From Octopus sinensis (taxonomy: Eukaryota), in contig NW_021824662.1 in assembly GCF_006345805.1 (NCBI RefSeq), forward strand, positions 1 through 35,754: a stretch of 35,754 bases of DNA, written 5' to 3'. Shown in pieces: positions 34,610 to 35,754 of the stretch (position 1 is its first letter; the number at the start of each line of letters is the position of its first letter). The translations under genes were made by a program, and so were the position numbers. Under the pieces are notes generated by a model that was not told the DNA's origin, did no database searches, and saw only the letters and a list, made by a program, of their open reading frames with translations.

Positions 34610-34680
34610 CATATATTTTTAGATTTATGCATATAGATCTATATATATGTATATAGGTTTATATATATGTATATAGCTTT

Positions 34681-34722
<42 letters not shown>

Positions 34723-34734
34723 ATATATATTATA
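34500..34734. repeat. Degenerate (TA)n tract
   Basis: Direct reading. Confidence 0.95.
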
Positions 34735-34872
34735 CGGATTCTTTCAGCTTCCGTCTACCAAATCTACAAGGCCCATATTAGAAGACACTTGCCCAAGGTG
34801 CCACGCAATGGGACTGAACCAGGAACCATGTGGTTGGGAAGCAAGCTTCTTATCACACAGCCACTCCTGCGC

Positions 34873-34873
<1 letters not shown>
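34735..34873 (-). mobile_element. Family B SINE 5' half
   Basis: CTTTCAGCTTCCGTCTACC...GAAGACACTTGCCCAAGG...CACAGCCACTCCTGCGCC. Confidence 0.88.
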
Positions 34874-34916
<43 letters not shown>

Positions 34917-35348
34917 TACGATTGAAAATAGAAACAAAAGATCGTAGCACTCGACTATCTTTTTGGTGTCGTTCCTTGTTGGAGATTGCTAAAGTGTTTG
35001 CTAAGTGCATTATTCGTTAAGCATGACTCCAACGTTTTCGATAAAGTAATCGCAGGAGAAAATGAAGAGAGATAAAGAAGTGACGAATTAGAAGAAACAA
35101 GCTAAGGTTACCCGTGTTATATTTGTAGCAAGTGTGAGAGAAGATGCCATTAGGAAATGTTGCCCCTCAACATCGATTATGTAACGGAGCGCTTTTGTAG
35201 GAGTTATATATATATATATATACTAATTTACCACGTTTAATCTGCTCCACGACTTGATATCCTACTATTTTATGATAAAGACGGATGCTACGCGGCAACG
35301 AAACTTCAAGTAATGTGGAGCTGAGTCAAACAGTGATACATACACATA

Positions 35349-35754
35349 CTCTTTTTTCACTCTTTTACCTGTTTCAGTATTTTGATTGCGGCCATGCTGG
35401 GGCACTGCCTTTAGTCGAGTAAATCGACTCCTGGACTTATTCTTTGTAAGCCTAGTAGTTATCGGTCTATTTCGCCGAACCGCTAAGTTACGGGGACGCA
35501 AACACACCACCATAGGTTGTCAAGCGAAGCGATGCTGGGAGTACAAGCACAGACACAAATATATACACACACATACACACACACATATATATATATATAT
35601 GTGTGTGTGTGTGTATATAAGACATATATAGATATATAAGACAGGCTTCCTTCAGTTTCCGTTTGCCAAATCCATTCACAAGGCTTTGGTCCGCCCGAGG
35701 CTATAGTAGAAGACACATGGCCAAGATACCACGCAGTGGGACTGAACCTGGAAC
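35349..35754 (-). mobile_element. Family B SINE running off the window end
   Basis: Tail CTTTTACCTGTTTCAGT...GCGGCCATGCTGGGGCAC through GGGACTGAACCTGGAAC. Confidence 0.9.

Overview
AT-rich, microsatellite-dense eukaryotic DNA with no recognisable host exon. The tRNA-derived SINE families suggest an Octopus-like cephalopod genome (inference from recall, not a database search). Most ORF-track entries are translations of (TA)n/(CA)n/(TATC)n repeats. The real coding remnants are all transposon-derived: a CR1/L2-group endonuclease (1.3-2.4 kb), a Tc1-like transposase with DD36E spacing (6.3-6.8 kb), an internally inverted RTE LINE (7.4-8.6 kb), a near-intact Penelope-like RT+GIY-YIG ORF with two stops (24.2-26.0 kb) and a deleted mariner (30.2-31.0 kb). 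Main finding: a head-to-tail array of three ~350-bp non-coding units (4284-5370), each carrying a type I hammerhead ribozyme (CUGACGA core, GAAA, GUC cleavage site, palindromic stem III). This is the architecture of a non-LTR retrozyme, which would release ~345-nt self-cleaved monomers or circRNAs. A diverged relative at 20.26-20.51 kb has a Penelope-style inverted layout, shares the array's 3' end point and shows a compensatory base-pair change. Four more minimal hammerhead-like motifs occur in the window, one with a compensatory U3-A8 core inside the inverted terminus of the Penelope-like element, the candidate mobiliser.
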